This document shows positions 1 through 10,382 of a DNA stretch of 64,000 nucleotides, piece by piece. Origin of the DNA: a virus; the IMG/VR virus record IMGVR_UViG_3300042539_000280, positions 64,001 through 128,000 of that record; one strand, given 5' to 3'. Position numbers and translations under genes: made by a program. Numbering within the stretch: position 1 is the stretch's first letter; each line of letters opens with the position of its first letter. The notes beneath the pieces were generated by a model, which saw only the letters and a program-made list of their open reading frames with translations, made no database searches and was not told the DNA's origin.

Positions 1-427
1 GGTTAGCGGTAATGTTTAGATCACCAGTTAGTGTGCCGCCTGTAAATGGTAGATATGTGCTAGATGCATAAGCATTAGCAGAATTGACCATTTCGCCAGC
101 ATAATTATTAGCAGCAATTGCCGTATTGGCAAGATCAGATGCTACTGTATTTGCTTTATTATATGCAGCATTAGCCTGTGAGTAGGCATCGTTGGCAACC
201 AATGATGAATTGGCGGCCGCAAACGCAGCATTAGCAACGTTAAAAATTGTGTTTTGCTGATCTACATAAAACTTACCGCCAATGGCAATAACGCCAGTGC
301 CGGTTGAATCACCGATAAAGAGTTTATCGGATAAAAATGAATACGCCTGTTCGGCAGCAGATAGTGAACCACCTGATGGTGTAGATGTTGTCGAACTTCT
401 TTTGATTTGAATTGTTGTATTAGACAT
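1..427 (-). CDS. Tail fibre-like protein, N-terminal part (runs off the left edge)
   Basis: Manual translation from ATG at 427: MSNTTIQIKRSSTTSTPSGGSLSAAEQAYSFLSDKLFIG..., an IQIKRS-type fibre N-terminus, then ANAAF/ANNYA coiled-coil repeats and YLPFTGGTLTGDL, as in the neighbouring fibre. Confidence 0.7.
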   Translation of the reverse strand, partial: MSNTTIQIKRSSTTSTPSGGSLSAAEQAYSFLSDKLFIGDSTGTGVIAIGGKFYVDQQNTIFNVANAAFAAANSSLVANDAYSQANAAYNKANTVASDLANTAIAANNYAGEMVNSANAYASSTYLPFTGGTLTGDLNITAN

Positions 428-430
428 GAC

Positions 431-643
431 TTAAAATTCTCCTCCGTTTATGATGGGCAATTCTTCAACTACAAATTTACCACTTGCTGCATCATAAACT
501 ACTGTTTCTTTATCGTCGGCATCAGAGGCATCCACGTCTTTCAACTGCGTAAAATTTTGAACTCCTCCTCCACCCCCTGTTCCATTGAAGGTATTTATCA
601 AAATTCGATTCTTAGGGGTCGAAGTGACTACTATCTTGGCCAT
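431..643 (-). CDS. Small virion/tail-fibre-associated protein
   Basis: 70-aa ORF tightly packed among fibre genes; LKDVD motif and C-terminal INGGEF typical of T4-like fibre accessory proteins. Confidence 0.5.
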   Translation of the reverse strand: MAKIVVTSTPKNRILINTFNGTGGGGGVQNFTQLKDVDASDADDKETVVYDAASGKFVVEELPIINGGEF

Positions 644-648
644 TTGAT

Positions 649-990
649 TTACCTTGTGATAGATGGTGTAACAAACATTACACCTTCAATAAGTCTTGCT
701 CTGATTCCTGTAAGTGTGTCATTAGTCTTTACATCAAAGAAATAAGTTCCTGCTGGAATATTAGCCGTATTTCCTGCATCTAATTCAACAAAAATTTCAC
801 CAGTATTGGCCTGAGGAATCGTGCAAACCAAACTTGCTGTAGCATTTATTGAAAGTATAGACTTTCTGATCTGTGCGGTTACAATGTAACCTGCAAGATT
901 TTGTGCTTCGTTATTATTTTCTTCGTTGAGTTGGATCGTGGTGCTAAAATCAGCACCTTGATCCATGTATAGTTCTATGTATTCTGCCAT
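649..990 (-). CDS. Virion structural protein (BppU N-terminal-like Ig fold)
   Basis: ELYMDQGADFSTTI...AGTYFFDV...RLIEG.MFVTPSITR pattern; structural gene context. Confidence 0.6.
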   Translation of the reverse strand: MAEYIELYMDQGADFSTTIQLNEENNNEAQNLAGYIVTAQIRKSILSINATASLVCTIPQANTGEIFVELDAGNTANIPAGTYFFDVKTNDTLTGIRARLIEGVMFVTPSITR

Positions 991-996
991 TTTACC

Positions 997-3045
997 TTAC
1001 TTTACGTCTGGAAGCCATGAACCATAAAGATTGGTACCGTCACTCACAAATGATATAACGTCTCTGGCACCTGGTGTAGAGGTTAGTTCTGGTGACACAC
1101 CAGCAACCCATTTATAAACGCCGGCCGAAGCAAAGTCTAGTGTTCTACCTCCGACACCATCCTGGATCACATGGAGAATATAGGTACCAACTCTTAGATT
1201 AGAAGGAGCACCCATAACACGATTACCGGAAAGTGTAACAGTAGCAATTGAACCTAATGCGGCATTCCAATTGACAGTAGCAGCATCGGTCAATGTCTGT
1301 GATAGCATATTGGCATTGAATGTTACTGTACCTGTAAACGTTGGACTTGAAATAGATGGTGATGCCTTAGGTGCATACGTTGCCGTTGCATAGGCATTAG
1401 CGGAGTTTGCCATGACACCAGCATAGTTGTTTGCTGATGTAGGAGCGGTACTGACAGCATATCCTGTTAGGGTTGTTGTTAGTGATGTAGAGGTAACATA
1501 TGTTGCTGATGTATAGTTATTGGTAGAAACACCTACAGATGATGCGTAGAGATTAGCAGCAACACCTACTGATGATGCATAACCATTAGCACCTGTGGCA
1601 ACGTTATTTGCCTTTAGGAAGGCAGCGGTAGTATTAGCAGCAATACCGTCTGCATATGTATTTGATGTAATATAAGTTGTTATAGCATTTCTGGTATTAT
1701 CGGTAAATGCCCAACCTTGTGCGGTTTCTATCCAAATGATTGAAGCATTACCTTTATTACCACGATTGATTTCAATACCGGCATTTTCTGTTGCTGTAAC
1801 AGTATTCGGAATATCAGCATTTAGAACGATAATATTATCACCAACCATTAGGTTAGCGGTATTGACATATGTAGTTGAACCAGAAACAGTTAGATTACCA
1901 CCAATTACTAGATCGTTGGTAATTGTTCCACCGGATTTAGCCAAGAATGTTGCTGTAGCATAACCATTGGCCGAGTTGGCCATGACACCGGCATAATTAT
2001 TGGCAGCACCAGTGGATGTATTGGTATATGCTCTTGAAACTATTAGATTAGCATCAACAATGGTCTGTGCAAATGCATTACCAGAGTTAGCCATTGAACC
2101 CGCATAATTATTACCAGAGTTGGCCATTGAACCAGCATAATTATTTGCTGCGGTTGCTGTATTTGCTAGGTTATTGGAAGTTGCATTAGCAAGTGCAAAA
2201 GCGGAATTGAGAACAACATATGCGGCCGATAATCTAACATTATCGGTATTTGACTGAATATATGCAGCATTGGTAACGTCAAAAGCATTATTTTGAGCAT
2301 ACCAGTTATCTTGCAAATAAATTACGGTATTGGCAGTATCACCACCAAGTGTCTGTGCAAGACCGTAGGCATCATTTGCCTTATTTCTTGCGGTGTTTGC
2401 CTGAGTATAAGCCGCATTAGCAACCACATATCCGGCATTTTGTGAAACATATGCTGCCGATAGTCTAACGTTATCGGTATTGGATTGCTCAAATGCTGCA
2501 TTAGTAACGGCAAAATTAGAATTGCCTCTTGTAAATGCCGAATTGGTAACAGTGAAATTGGTATTGACCATATCCCATGCGGCATTGACAACCACATAAG
2601 CGGCGTTCAATGAGACATAAGCACCAGATAGTCGAACGTTGTCGGTATTGGACTGTGTAAATACCGAATTTGTTAGAACGTAGTTAGCATTTCCAGATGT
2701 ATATGATGCATTAGTTACGGTATAATTGGCATTTGTTCTTGTATATGCATCATTAGCAATATCGAATCCAACATTGGCAACAATATATGCAGAATTTAGA
2801 GAATCATAAGCACCGGTTAGTCTTACATTGTCGGTATTGGACTGGGTGAAGGCAGCATTGAGAACAACATATGCGGCCGATAATCTAACATTATCGGTAT
2901 TTGATTGTGTATAAACAGCATTAGTTGTATCAAAGACCAAGTTCATCTTCAATTCTTGTTCATTCATATAAAGAATGACTTGGTTAGTCTTTAATCTCCA
3001 TTGATCAAAGGTATCTGTGAGTGCTACATTTGATGAAATGCCCAT
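997..3045 (-). CDS. Tail fibre protein with long Asn/Ala-rich coiled-coil repeats
   Basis: N-terminal TDTFDQWRLKTN, five QSNTDNVRL(S/T)xAY repeats, GNLTVSGSTTYVNT...DNIIVLN...AGIEINRG shaft motif, C-terminal QDGVGGRTL..W...P.LT.TPGARDVISF head. Confidence 0.8.
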   Translation of the reverse strand: MGISSNVALTDTFDQWRLKTNQVILYMNEQELKMNLVFDTTNAVYTQSNTDNVRLSAAYVVLNAAFTQSNTDNVRLTGAYDSLNSAYIVANVGFDIANDAYTRTNANYTVTNASYTSGNANYVLTNSVFTQSNTDNVRLSGAYVSLNAAYVVVNAAWDMVNTNFTVTNSAFTRGNSNFAVTNAAFEQSNTDNVRLSAAYVSQNAGYVVANAAYTQANTARNKANDAYGLAQTLGGDTANTVIYLQDNWYAQNNAFDVTNAAYIQSNTDNVRLSAAYVVLNSAFALANATSNNLANTATAANNYAGSMANSGNNYAGSMANSGNAFAQTIVDANLIVSRAYTNTSTGAANNYAGVMANSANGYATATFLAKSGGTITNDLVIGGNLTVSGSTTYVNTANLMVGDNIIVLNADIPNTVTATENAGIEINRGNKGNASIIWIETAQGWAFTDNTRNAITTYITSNTYADGIAANTTAAFLKANNVATGANGYASSVGVAANLYASSVGVSTNNYTSATYVTSTSLTTTLTGYAVSTAPTSANNYAGVMANSANAYATATYAPKASPSISSPTFTGTVTFNANMLSQTLTDAATVNWNAALGSIATVTLSGNRVMGAPSNLRVGTYILHVIQDGVGGRTLDFASAGVYKWVAGVSPELTSTPGARDVISFVSDGTNLYGSWLPDVK
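2206..2253. repeat. 48-bp exact direct repeat, copy 1 (copy 2 at 2857-2904), inside the tail fibre gene
   Basis: attgagaacaacatatgcggccgataatctaacattatcggtatttga occurs at both positions; three more degenerate copies lie between them. Confidence 0.9.
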
Positions 3046-3252
3046 TTACTTTACCAGTCCTTTTAGTAGTTCTTTTATCTCTTGCATGTCATTCTTTATA
3101 GAAGATACTTCTTCTCTCAACTCTATAAGTTCTCTGTCTTTTTGCTTACGAGCCTTATATGCTTCTAAAGCGGTATTATCCTTATTTATAAGAAATCCTT
3201 CCGGGCTTCTATAAAGACCACCAACATCGGTTTTGATATCTTTATGTTCCAC
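3046..3252 (-). CDS. Small coiled-coil protein (fibre-region hypothetical)
   Basis: 68 aa; LYR....LIN.D...L.AYK...then an amphipathic helix ending IKELLKGLVK. Confidence 0.55.
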   Translation of the reverse strand: MEHKDIKTDVGGLYRSPEGFLINKDNTALEAYKARKQKDRELIELREEVSSIKNDMQEIKELLKGLVK

Positions 3253-4024
3253 TTCTACATCCTACCTTTCCGGAAAGAATTTCCATGAGTACCTGCCTCT
3301 CATTGAAATTCAAAACTTCTTCTTCAATGTCTTTACAACCATGAAAGTCCGAGGTAAATCTTATAATTTTTACCCATGAATCGACCTTTTCAGGATCATA
3401 ATTCATCATTCGCATACATTTTCTTCCAACCTTCTCAATAAAGAATGGAGGAATAACAAGACATCCTAGACATACATGATTGTCTGTTATTGTAATACTG
3501 TATTCAAATCCTAAAAGAACAAGTGGTTTTCTTGTAACCTTACAGGTAGCATATATCTTGATCGAATCAAAGATATCAGCATTACCACAAATATTTGCTC
3601 TTTCGAAAATCTCTGCATTGTTTCTTATAATAGCATTATCATAAACAGTAGCATGATCGTGTATTAGAGCATGATCGGTTACAGTGGCATTTCCATATAC
3701 CTGGGCCTGACCACATACTCTTGCATTACCATATACTTGTGCGTTACCGTATACCTGCGCCTGCGTATAAACTTTGGCATTACCATATACATAAGCATTG
3801 CCAAATACTCTGGCATAATCGTTGATGAAAGAATTTTCAGCAACCTTGGCATTACCAAAAACGGACGCATATGGTCCGACATAACAGGTTTCTTCTACTT
3901 GTGCGGTGTCCGCTACCCATCCACCACCTTTTGGGTGGCGATGGGCAGGAACTGGACCGTTACCATCATTGAAATCTACACCTTCGACCTTTTCGAGGTC
4001 ATCCATACTAAAACTAAATTCCAT
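3242..4024 (-). CDS. Left-handed beta-helix (hexapeptide repeat) protein
   Basis: HPKGGGWVA followed by many (V/I)(F/Y)GNAx hexapeptide repeats. Confidence 0.8.
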   Translation of the reverse strand: MEFSFSMDDLEKVEGVDFNDGNGPVPAHRHPKGGGWVADTAQVEETCYVGPYASVFGNAKVAENSFINDYARVFGNAYVYGNAKVYTQAQVYGNAQVYGNARVCGQAQVYGNATVTDHALIHDHATVYDNAIIRNNAEIFERANICGNADIFDSIKIYATCKVTRKPLVLLGFEYSITITDNHVCLGCLVIPPFFIEKVGRKCMRMMNYDPEKVDSWVKIIRFTSDFHGCKDIEEEVLNFNERQVLMEILSGKVGCRSGT

Positions 4025-4033
4025 GATGACTCC

Positions 4034-7000
4034 TTACATTTGAAGGGCAATACATCTTAGGTCACCGACCTTTGGATATATTGCTGAATTATCACTGAGT
4101 AGACCAATCTTTACAGAGAAAGACTTATATCCAGTGAAGGACAATCCGTCGTCGGTGGTATAAGTTACCTCACCGTTTGGACCTCTTAGTGAAGGCTGCT
4201 GACCAATCTGGCCGATTACTGTGTTACCAACAACCACGCCTGTAGAGTTGACAACGTTTGCGGTTTCACCAATTAGGTAACCGGTGTCGGACATTACATA
4301 GATTGTACCTTCGATACGGTCAACAGTGGTTTCCGTTGCGGAGGTTAGACCTACTAGAGTGTCACCAACATTGATTGTTGAAACACCAGAGATAAACATG
4401 GTGCTGCCGATTGTCAATCTATCTGGTGTAGTAGAAGGAATGTTATAGTTGTATTCAATGTAATCGTTACGATCATCCTTAGATGAATACTTACCATCTT
4501 CGATTCCTGGTCTTACCAATTCTACCCAACCCTTGCTTTCGAATGATGTTGAGGTATCTTCGGCATGAGCAAGTCTCAACCAAACCTTTACATCAGTTCC
4601 TGGTGGACGATATGCTGCAAGAATGACCTCCATATCTTCGGCATCCTGGCCTTCGGCAAGTGTTACTGTTCTTGAAATATACTTATTCAATAGAGCACCA
4701 CCGGTAGCCAAAGTCTCATTGGTTGTATTAGAATTGATATGAGTATCAATATAGACAGAATGTGTCTTTGTTAGATCAAGTACCGGTGAAACAGTATTTG
4801 ATCCGGTTCTCATACCAACTTTTACCATATTTGTTCTGTTACCAGAGAAACTATTGATTTCTTTGGTTCTTGAGTATAGCGCCTGCTCGGTTTCAAAGTG
4901 ATAAGTTTCTGATGGTTCAATATCGAAATAAGCACCTTCGATTCCTGTATTGGAATAGGTTTTCATTTGGAAGTTGATATCAGTTCCTTTGAACTTCAAC
5001 ATTGAAGGTTCAAAAGATAGTGCTGAATATCTAAAGTTCTGAGTTGGATCAGCACCTTCAATAACACCTTGAACGCTTGTATCGGTCATGGCAAGGATAA
5101 CGTCATTGGCTATGAATCCACCACCAGAACCGGTTAGGTGAAGCATACTCATTTCTGCACCGTCAACATAGAAGTTCAAGAAACCTCTTGCATTGGTAAT
5201 AGTCGAAACTGTTGCATCAACACCCTTATAAACAAGGTTTGAAGCAAAGAAACAGTGAACAACCTCACCATTGGCAAAGCCTGTATTACCCATGGAGTAA
5301 ACACCACCATTGATGCTTCTAACCTCGGAGTTTCCAGATGCACCAATGAGTAGATCGCCTACTGCAATTGGGCCATTAGGACCGGTGTTAGCACCAGTTA
5401 GTGTTAGTTTATCACCAGAGATAAACAAGTCGCCAGAGTTATTGGCATCAAATGGAATTGTTCTGTTTCTTACGAAAATTCTTTCAACAGGACTATTACC
5501 AAGATATGCAACACCATCGACGTTTTCAACGAAGTCTGCTCTCCAGAAACGAACGGCCATATCAACATCAGGAATAATATCCCAGTTGGTATTGTTGTTT
5601 GTCTGATAGAATGTACCAAAACCACGGCGATCAACAATTGGCTGTCCTGTATTGATATCGTTTTCACCGAGTTTGGATACCCATAGATAAGTATCTGGGT
5701 TAGCATTGATAGGATGGATAACCAATGCATACTGGGTATTGTGCATCAAGAATACAGGTGCCTTGAATACTGCTCTTAGAGGGCTTGTGATGCCATTTGG
5801 TGAAAGAATAATCTGGTCAGGATCATCAAAGTGAACTTCTGAATATGGAACCTGGTTTCTTGTAATCTGCTGACCGGAATCCATTTCACGAATTTCAATC
5901 CAAATACCGTAGTCTCTGGACTTGCGTGACACGAATAGATCAACAGAGGTCAAGAACATACCTTCTTCACCCTTTGGTGCCTTGGCAAGGAATGAATATG
6001 CCGAGCATGAGTGTGAACACTGTGGTGGTGGAGGAGGTGCTGCAAGGAATGATGAATCGGATGAATAGTATGTATTCGATACCTCAACGTCATAATAAGA
6101 GATTGTCTGAGTTGACATGACGGTTCTCTGAACCTGCTGAGACAATCCTTCGGCAGTAAAGATAGCACGACCACCAGTGGTCACCGCATCAGAGAATGTT
6201 GCGCCCTGGACTGCGGATTCATCGATGTTTACTGGACTATCAACAACCACTAGGGCACGTTGGCCTGTTCTGAATTTATTTGCCTCGATATTCACCTGGA
6301 AGTAAACTTTACCCTTATCATCGGTGATTAGAGGTGCACCGTATGCGGCCCATGGTGGTTGTGCTACAGTAGTGGTACTTGTATCTGTGATAGCGGTAAA
6401 CTGTGTAGCAGTAATTGGTCGGCAACTATTGGCCATTGGAACGTTATCGAAATAGGCCCATACACGAGTATAAGGTTTCATGTTGACGGCAGAAACGGTG
6501 ATCATCTGTGGACGAATATAAGGAACAATAGAGGTATTGATAACCTTATAACCGGTTGTCTGAATGTCTGTACCAGTTGCTTGCCAATGCTGTGTACCTG
6601 TTCTATAATTGGTGAATAGGGTTTCAATGCTTACACCCTTACCACCAACTGGGTTATTGTTATTGGCAATCTGCTTGGCCTGGTCATAGTTCTGAACGTT
6701 AGCAGCAACTAGGGTTCTGTTAGTACCTGTTCCCTTATAAACATTATAACCAGTAATCCACTTCTGCCAAGCATTCCATTCGGTGTTGATACCCTTTCTA
6801 GTTACTGGATAAGTTTCTGTACCATAAGTAACAATATTTACTCTTGAACTGCCGAGCAATTCATCTGGTAGTTTTGTTGTATCAACCCAGATATCTGAAT
6901 CAGGGAATAGAGATACAGTACCTAGGAACAACCATGACTGTCTTTCAACGTTTCTATCAGTTGTAACACGAGTCTGCTCATAATGCATAACCTCGGTATA

Positions 7001-10000
7001 CTTCATTGTTAGAACAGAAGAAGTCTTAGATAGATTGGTATTTGACAGATAATCATATGGGAATGAGTCCATGGTATAAACTGGACGCAAACACTTTTCG
7101 TCAGTATCATATGTGATCTGATGGTCGTCATTATAAGTGGCCGATAGACTGTTATCACGGAAGGTATCGGTAAAGATACCATTCTTGAATCGATCAAGAC
7201 CATTTACGTCCTTGATGACCATATCAGCAGCAGACTTTTCAAGAATTGACAATGAGGTGTAATACTCAAGATTGACAATTCTTTGCTGTAGTGTACCAAT
7301 ATCACGCATGGTGTAACGCATGTTTGATAGTTTCTTGGTAGTCACGGCAGCATCAATTTTACCTAGAGATTCGGCATATGCTGGTGATAGAGAAGGATAA
7401 GGTGTAACAGTAATAGAGGCCAGTGGCATTGTGCCTTCTGGTGCTATTGGTGTTACAGGGTTGACGTTCGGTGCCCCTTTGATAACCTGGAATCTCTTAT
7501 CACGATCAACCACAACAAGATCGATACGGCCAAGATAATACCAATAATCATAGAGAATTGGTGATGATGGAACTGGGAATCTAAGACTTGTTAGATAGTT
7601 GAATGTTGATGAAGAACCTGGATTTACGGTTGCGCCGGCCACAGTTGTAGCAGACGGATTAGCGGTAGAAACCTTAACTGGTCTAAAGTCAAGATGGTTT
7701 CTTAGATCATATTCGCCGCCAGTTGTTGGTGACTTATAAACAGGAATGTTTTCTGTTCTGATATTTGTAGATGCGTTGAATAGAGCATCATTATCCTGGA
7801 TTGGATATGAGTCAATTGAGAAATAACCTGCACGGTCTGTAAAGTCTTGTGTAAAGTAATCTAGTTCAACAAGTAGTTTATCACCTGCTTTTAGAGGTGT
7901 TTTTGGTTTGATTGTTGCTAGATCATAAAGAGTATCCTTCTGTCCATTATCGAAAATGAATGAAGAAGTAACGTCTGTGCCATCGGTGTTTGATGTTGGA
8001 TAAGAACCATTCTTTAGTCGAATTGTTCTAATCTTATAAACATCAGAGAAACCTAGAATGTAAGGATTTGTTGCACCAAGGCCAGAGGCGTTAGTATCAA
8101 CATCGATTTTGACATAACGATGTGTATTGAGTTCTTTAGCAATTTCCTTGGCAGACTGTCTCTGCACTCTGGTTGTAACAGTAGCATAAAGAGGACCAGA
8201 GAAAGTCTCCTGTAGGTTTACTGTCAATGAAGTTGGTGTAGCAGCAACAGTTCTAACAGTACCAGCATCAACACCCTTGGTTGTAAGGTCGATAATATCA
8301 CCAGTGTAATAAACCTTGAAAAGATTATTAGCGGCGATTGTTGCTGGAAGAGTTGTATCAACTGTTAGTGCGGTTGGGCCAGAAATGCTGGTTACGAAGA
8401 AAATAGTATCGTTACCAGCAATGGCAATCTTGTCACCAACGTTTAGGCGATCAAAGCGAGTACCAGTTCCTTGTAGTGTTGTGGTACCGGCGCCGCCTGT
8501 GCCGCTACCGCTTAGAGCAATAGTGGCTGTGTTGGCACCTGCAACGGTTTTATTGAACACAACAAGAATATCACGCTTATCAGCAGCAGAAAGGTTCGTT
8601 GTTCCGTATGGATATCTATCAGAACCTAGTGCCGATAGAGTTGTGATAAAGCGACCGTTAGCAGCAACTTGTAGAGAAGAACCTGTAGCGCCTACTGTCT
8701 GGTTGAACTCATAAGTAGTATCAATATTCGAAATATTGTCAACACTTCTGATTGCTCTTGTATAATCTGAACCAGTCTTATAAAGTAGTGGTGCATCTGC
8801 CTTTCCAAGTAGAGCCAATTGTGTATTGTTGGCACTGTTCATGATAGGGTCAGCAGAGATATTAGAATTAGGTGTTGAATTTTTGAAATAGATATTCTTT
8901 ACCTGCGGGAATGTATTTGTTCCCAGCATCTTGATATCAGATAGGTAAATGTTATAAATTGGATCAATACCTGGGCTACCAGAAACATATTCAATTGAAT
9001 TGAAAACAGCGGATCCAATCTTAGCACCTGACTGAGCACCATCACCCCATTTCTTATTGACAATTCTTCTCTGTGCGGTGTTGTAAAGGTCAACCAGGTT
9101 GCCCTTATCAAGTTCCCAACCACCAACGACGTTATTTGCTTGAACGTAGTTGCCCATTGTAGCAGAGGAAATCTGCTGGTTTACGTTGGATGATGTTAGA
9201 CCTTTTTCTGTGGTTAGTTCGTAGGTAGAAAGTGCACCTACCTCATAACCTTTGACATAAGCAAGACCTGGTGAAACACCTACGAATAGTAGTTTGTTAT
9301 CACCATTGGCATAACGACCAAAGTTTGAACCTGTGTCATCATGCTCACGAATCTGAATATCAAGTCCTCTGACCACATAGTCGCCAGAGTTGTCGTATGT
9401 TCTCTTGGCCATTGCATCATTGATAAGATTATACTGTGTCTTTTCATAATTATCAATGATAATACCGTTCTCCATTTTGAATAGAGTAACGAAATCTTTT
9501 GTCGTGGCATCGGAATTTACTGGAAGAACCGTTAGAACAGGATCCAACTTTAGTCGATCTGCACCTGGTGCAGAATAGTTAGAGGCCTCCTGTGCTGGAT
9601 CCAGTAGAGAAGAATCCATAGAAGAATTGATAATATCTTCTGTAATAAACATACCAACTCGTGCGGTTGGATTTGGATTATAACGATCAATAATTACAGA
9701 TTGTGTTGGGAACGCAATAAAGTGGTTCTTAGCAAAGATAACACCTTCTGAAATGGTGAAACGAGAACCAAATCCTGTTGGTGCTGGATCGGTTGGATGA
9801 ACAACCAAGGTATAATTTGTACCGTAAACGTTTGCTGTAAGTGTTTCATTAGAGGAGAATGTCTTGATAGTAACGTTTGCCGATGTGGCCGCTGCGGTAT
9901 ATGAAAGATAAAGTGTTTTAGTGTTGGAAGAGGACTCAACACCGTCTAATACTTGAACAAGTTGTGCCTTGACGCCGCTGGTGCCTACAACCTCAATACG

Positions 10001-10366
10001 ATCATTTGCATCTTTACTTGCTTTAGAAAGAACCGCATCAAAAACATCCATATCAACTGGATTACTGGAGGCATCGGTATCTCTAACTTTGACATAACGA
10101 ATACCACGACCTACTGTGGCGCCGTTGTGTGTTTCGAATGTAAAGTTTCCTGGAAGAACAATACTGCCGTCTTTGAAAATGTTTTTACCAAAGCGATTGA
10201 TCTGCTCCTGTAGGGCAGACTGCATCTGTGTAAGTTCACGGGCCTGAACCGCATATCCTGGCTTGAATAGAATACGATAATACTGATTAGATGGATCGTA
10301 GTCGTCGTAATAAGGAGTTACATTGAAATCTGTAGTCAATGCGGTTGTATTAGCAGTATTTGCCAT
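4034..10366 (-). CDS. Large baseplate/virion structural protein (VrlC/DUF4815-like)
   Basis: FNVTPYYDDYD...YYRILFKPGYAVQARELTQMQS N-terminus, APGADRLK, RYTMRDIGTLQQRIVNLEYYTSLS, DRFKNGIFTDTF, C-terminal DLRCIAL. Confidence 0.85.
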   Translation of the reverse strand: MANTANTTALTTDFNVTPYYDDYDPSNQYYRILFKPGYAVQARELTQMQSALQEQINRFGKNIFKDGSIVLPGNFTFETHNGATVGRGIRYVKVRDTDASSNPVDMDVFDAVLSKASKDANDRIEVVGTSGVKAQLVQVLDGVESSSNTKTLYLSYTAAATSANVTIKTFSSNETLTANVYGTNYTLVVHPTDPAPTGFGSRFTISEGVIFAKNHFIAFPTQSVIIDRYNPNPTARVGMFITEDIINSSMDSSLLDPAQEASNYSAPGADRLKLDPVLTVLPVNSDATTKDFVTLFKMENGIIIDNYEKTQYNLINDAMAKRTYDNSGDYVVRGLDIQIREHDDTGSNFGRYANGDNKLLFVGVSPGLAYVKGYEVGALSTYELTTEKGLTSSNVNQQISSATMGNYVQANNVVGGWELDKGNLVDLYNTAQRRIVNKKWGDGAQSGAKIGSAVFNSIEYVSGSPGIDPIYNIYLSDIKMLGTNTFPQVKNIYFKNSTPNSNISADPIMNSANNTQLALLGKADAPLLYKTGSDYTRAIRSVDNISNIDTTYEFNQTVGATGSSLQVAANGRFITTLSALGSDRYPYGTTNLSAADKRDILVVFNKTVAGANTATIALSGSGTGGAGTTTLQGTGTRFDRLNVGDKIAIAGNDTIFFVTSISGPTALTVDTTLPATIAANNLFKVYYTGDIIDLTTKGVDAGTVRTVAATPTSLTVNLQETFSGPLYATVTTRVQRQSAKEIAKELNTHRYVKIDVDTNASGLGATNPYILGFSDVYKIRTIRLKNGSYPTSNTDGTDVTSSFIFDNGQKDTLYDLATIKPKTPLKAGDKLLVELDYFTQDFTDRAGYFSIDSYPIQDNDALFNASTNIRTENIPVYKSPTTGGEYDLRNHLDFRPVKVSTANPSATTVAGATVNPGSSSTFNYLTSLRFPVPSSPILYDYWYYLGRIDLVVVDRDKRFQVIKGAPNVNPVTPIAPEGTMPLASITVTPYPSLSPAYAESLGKIDAAVTTKKLSNMRYTMRDIGTLQQRIVNLEYYTSLSILEKSAADMVIKDVNGLDRFKNGIFTDTFRDNSLSATYNDDHQITYDTDEKCLRPVYTMDSFPYDYLSNTNLSKTSSVLTMKYTEVMHYEQTRVTTDRNVERQSWLFLGTVSLFPDSDIWVDTTKLPDELLGSSRVNIVTYGTETYPVTRKGINTEWNAWQKWITGYNVYKGTGTNRTLVAANVQNYDQAKQIANNNNPVGGKGVSIETLFTNYRTGTQHWQATGTDIQTTGYKVINTSIVPYIRPQMITVSAVNMKPYTRVWAYFDNVPMANSCRPITATQFTAITDTSTTTVAQPPWAAYGAPLITDDKGKVYFQVNIEANKFRTGQRALVVVDSPVNIDESAVQGATFSDAVTTGGRAIFTAEGLSQQVQRTVMSTQTISYYDVEVSNTYYSSDSSFLAAPPPPPQCSHSCSAYSFLAKAPKGEEGMFLTSVDLFVSRKSRDYGIWIEIREMDSGQQITRNQVPYSEVHFDDPDQIILSPNGITSPLRAVFKAPVFLMHNTQYALVIHPINANPDTYLWVSKLGENDINTGQPIVDRRGFGTFYQTNNNTNWDIIPDVDMAVRFWRADFVENVDGVAYLGNSPVERIFVRNRTIPFDANNSGDLFISGDKLTLTGANTGPNGPIAVGDLLIGASGNSEVRSINGGVYSMGNTGFANGEVVHCFFASNLVYKGVDATVSTITNARGFLNFYVDGAEMSMLHLTGSGGGFIANDVILAMTDTSVQGVIEGADPTQNFRYSALSFEPSMLKFKGTDINFQMKTYSNTGIEGAYFDIEPSETYHFETEQALYSRTKEINSFSGNRTNMVKVGMRTGSNTVSPVLDLTKTHSVYIDTHINSNTTNETLATGGALLNKYISRTVTLAEGQDAEDMEVILAAYRPPGTDVKVWLRLAHAEDTSTSFESKGWVELVRPGIEDGKYSSKDDRNDYIEYNYNIPSTTPDRLTIGSTMFISGVSTINVGDTLVGLTSATETTVDRIEGTIYVMSDTGYLIGETANVVNSTGVVVGNTVIGQIGQQPSLRGPNGEVTYTTDDGLSFTGYKSFSVKIGLLSDNSAIYPKVGDLRCIALQM

Positions 10367-10382
10367 CTTTTATTCTTTCCTC

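Noticed and set aside
997-3045. Diversity-generating retroelement acting on the tail fibre
   Set aside because: The repeats are in-frame coding repeats without adenine-specific mismatches, and no reverse transcriptase is in the window
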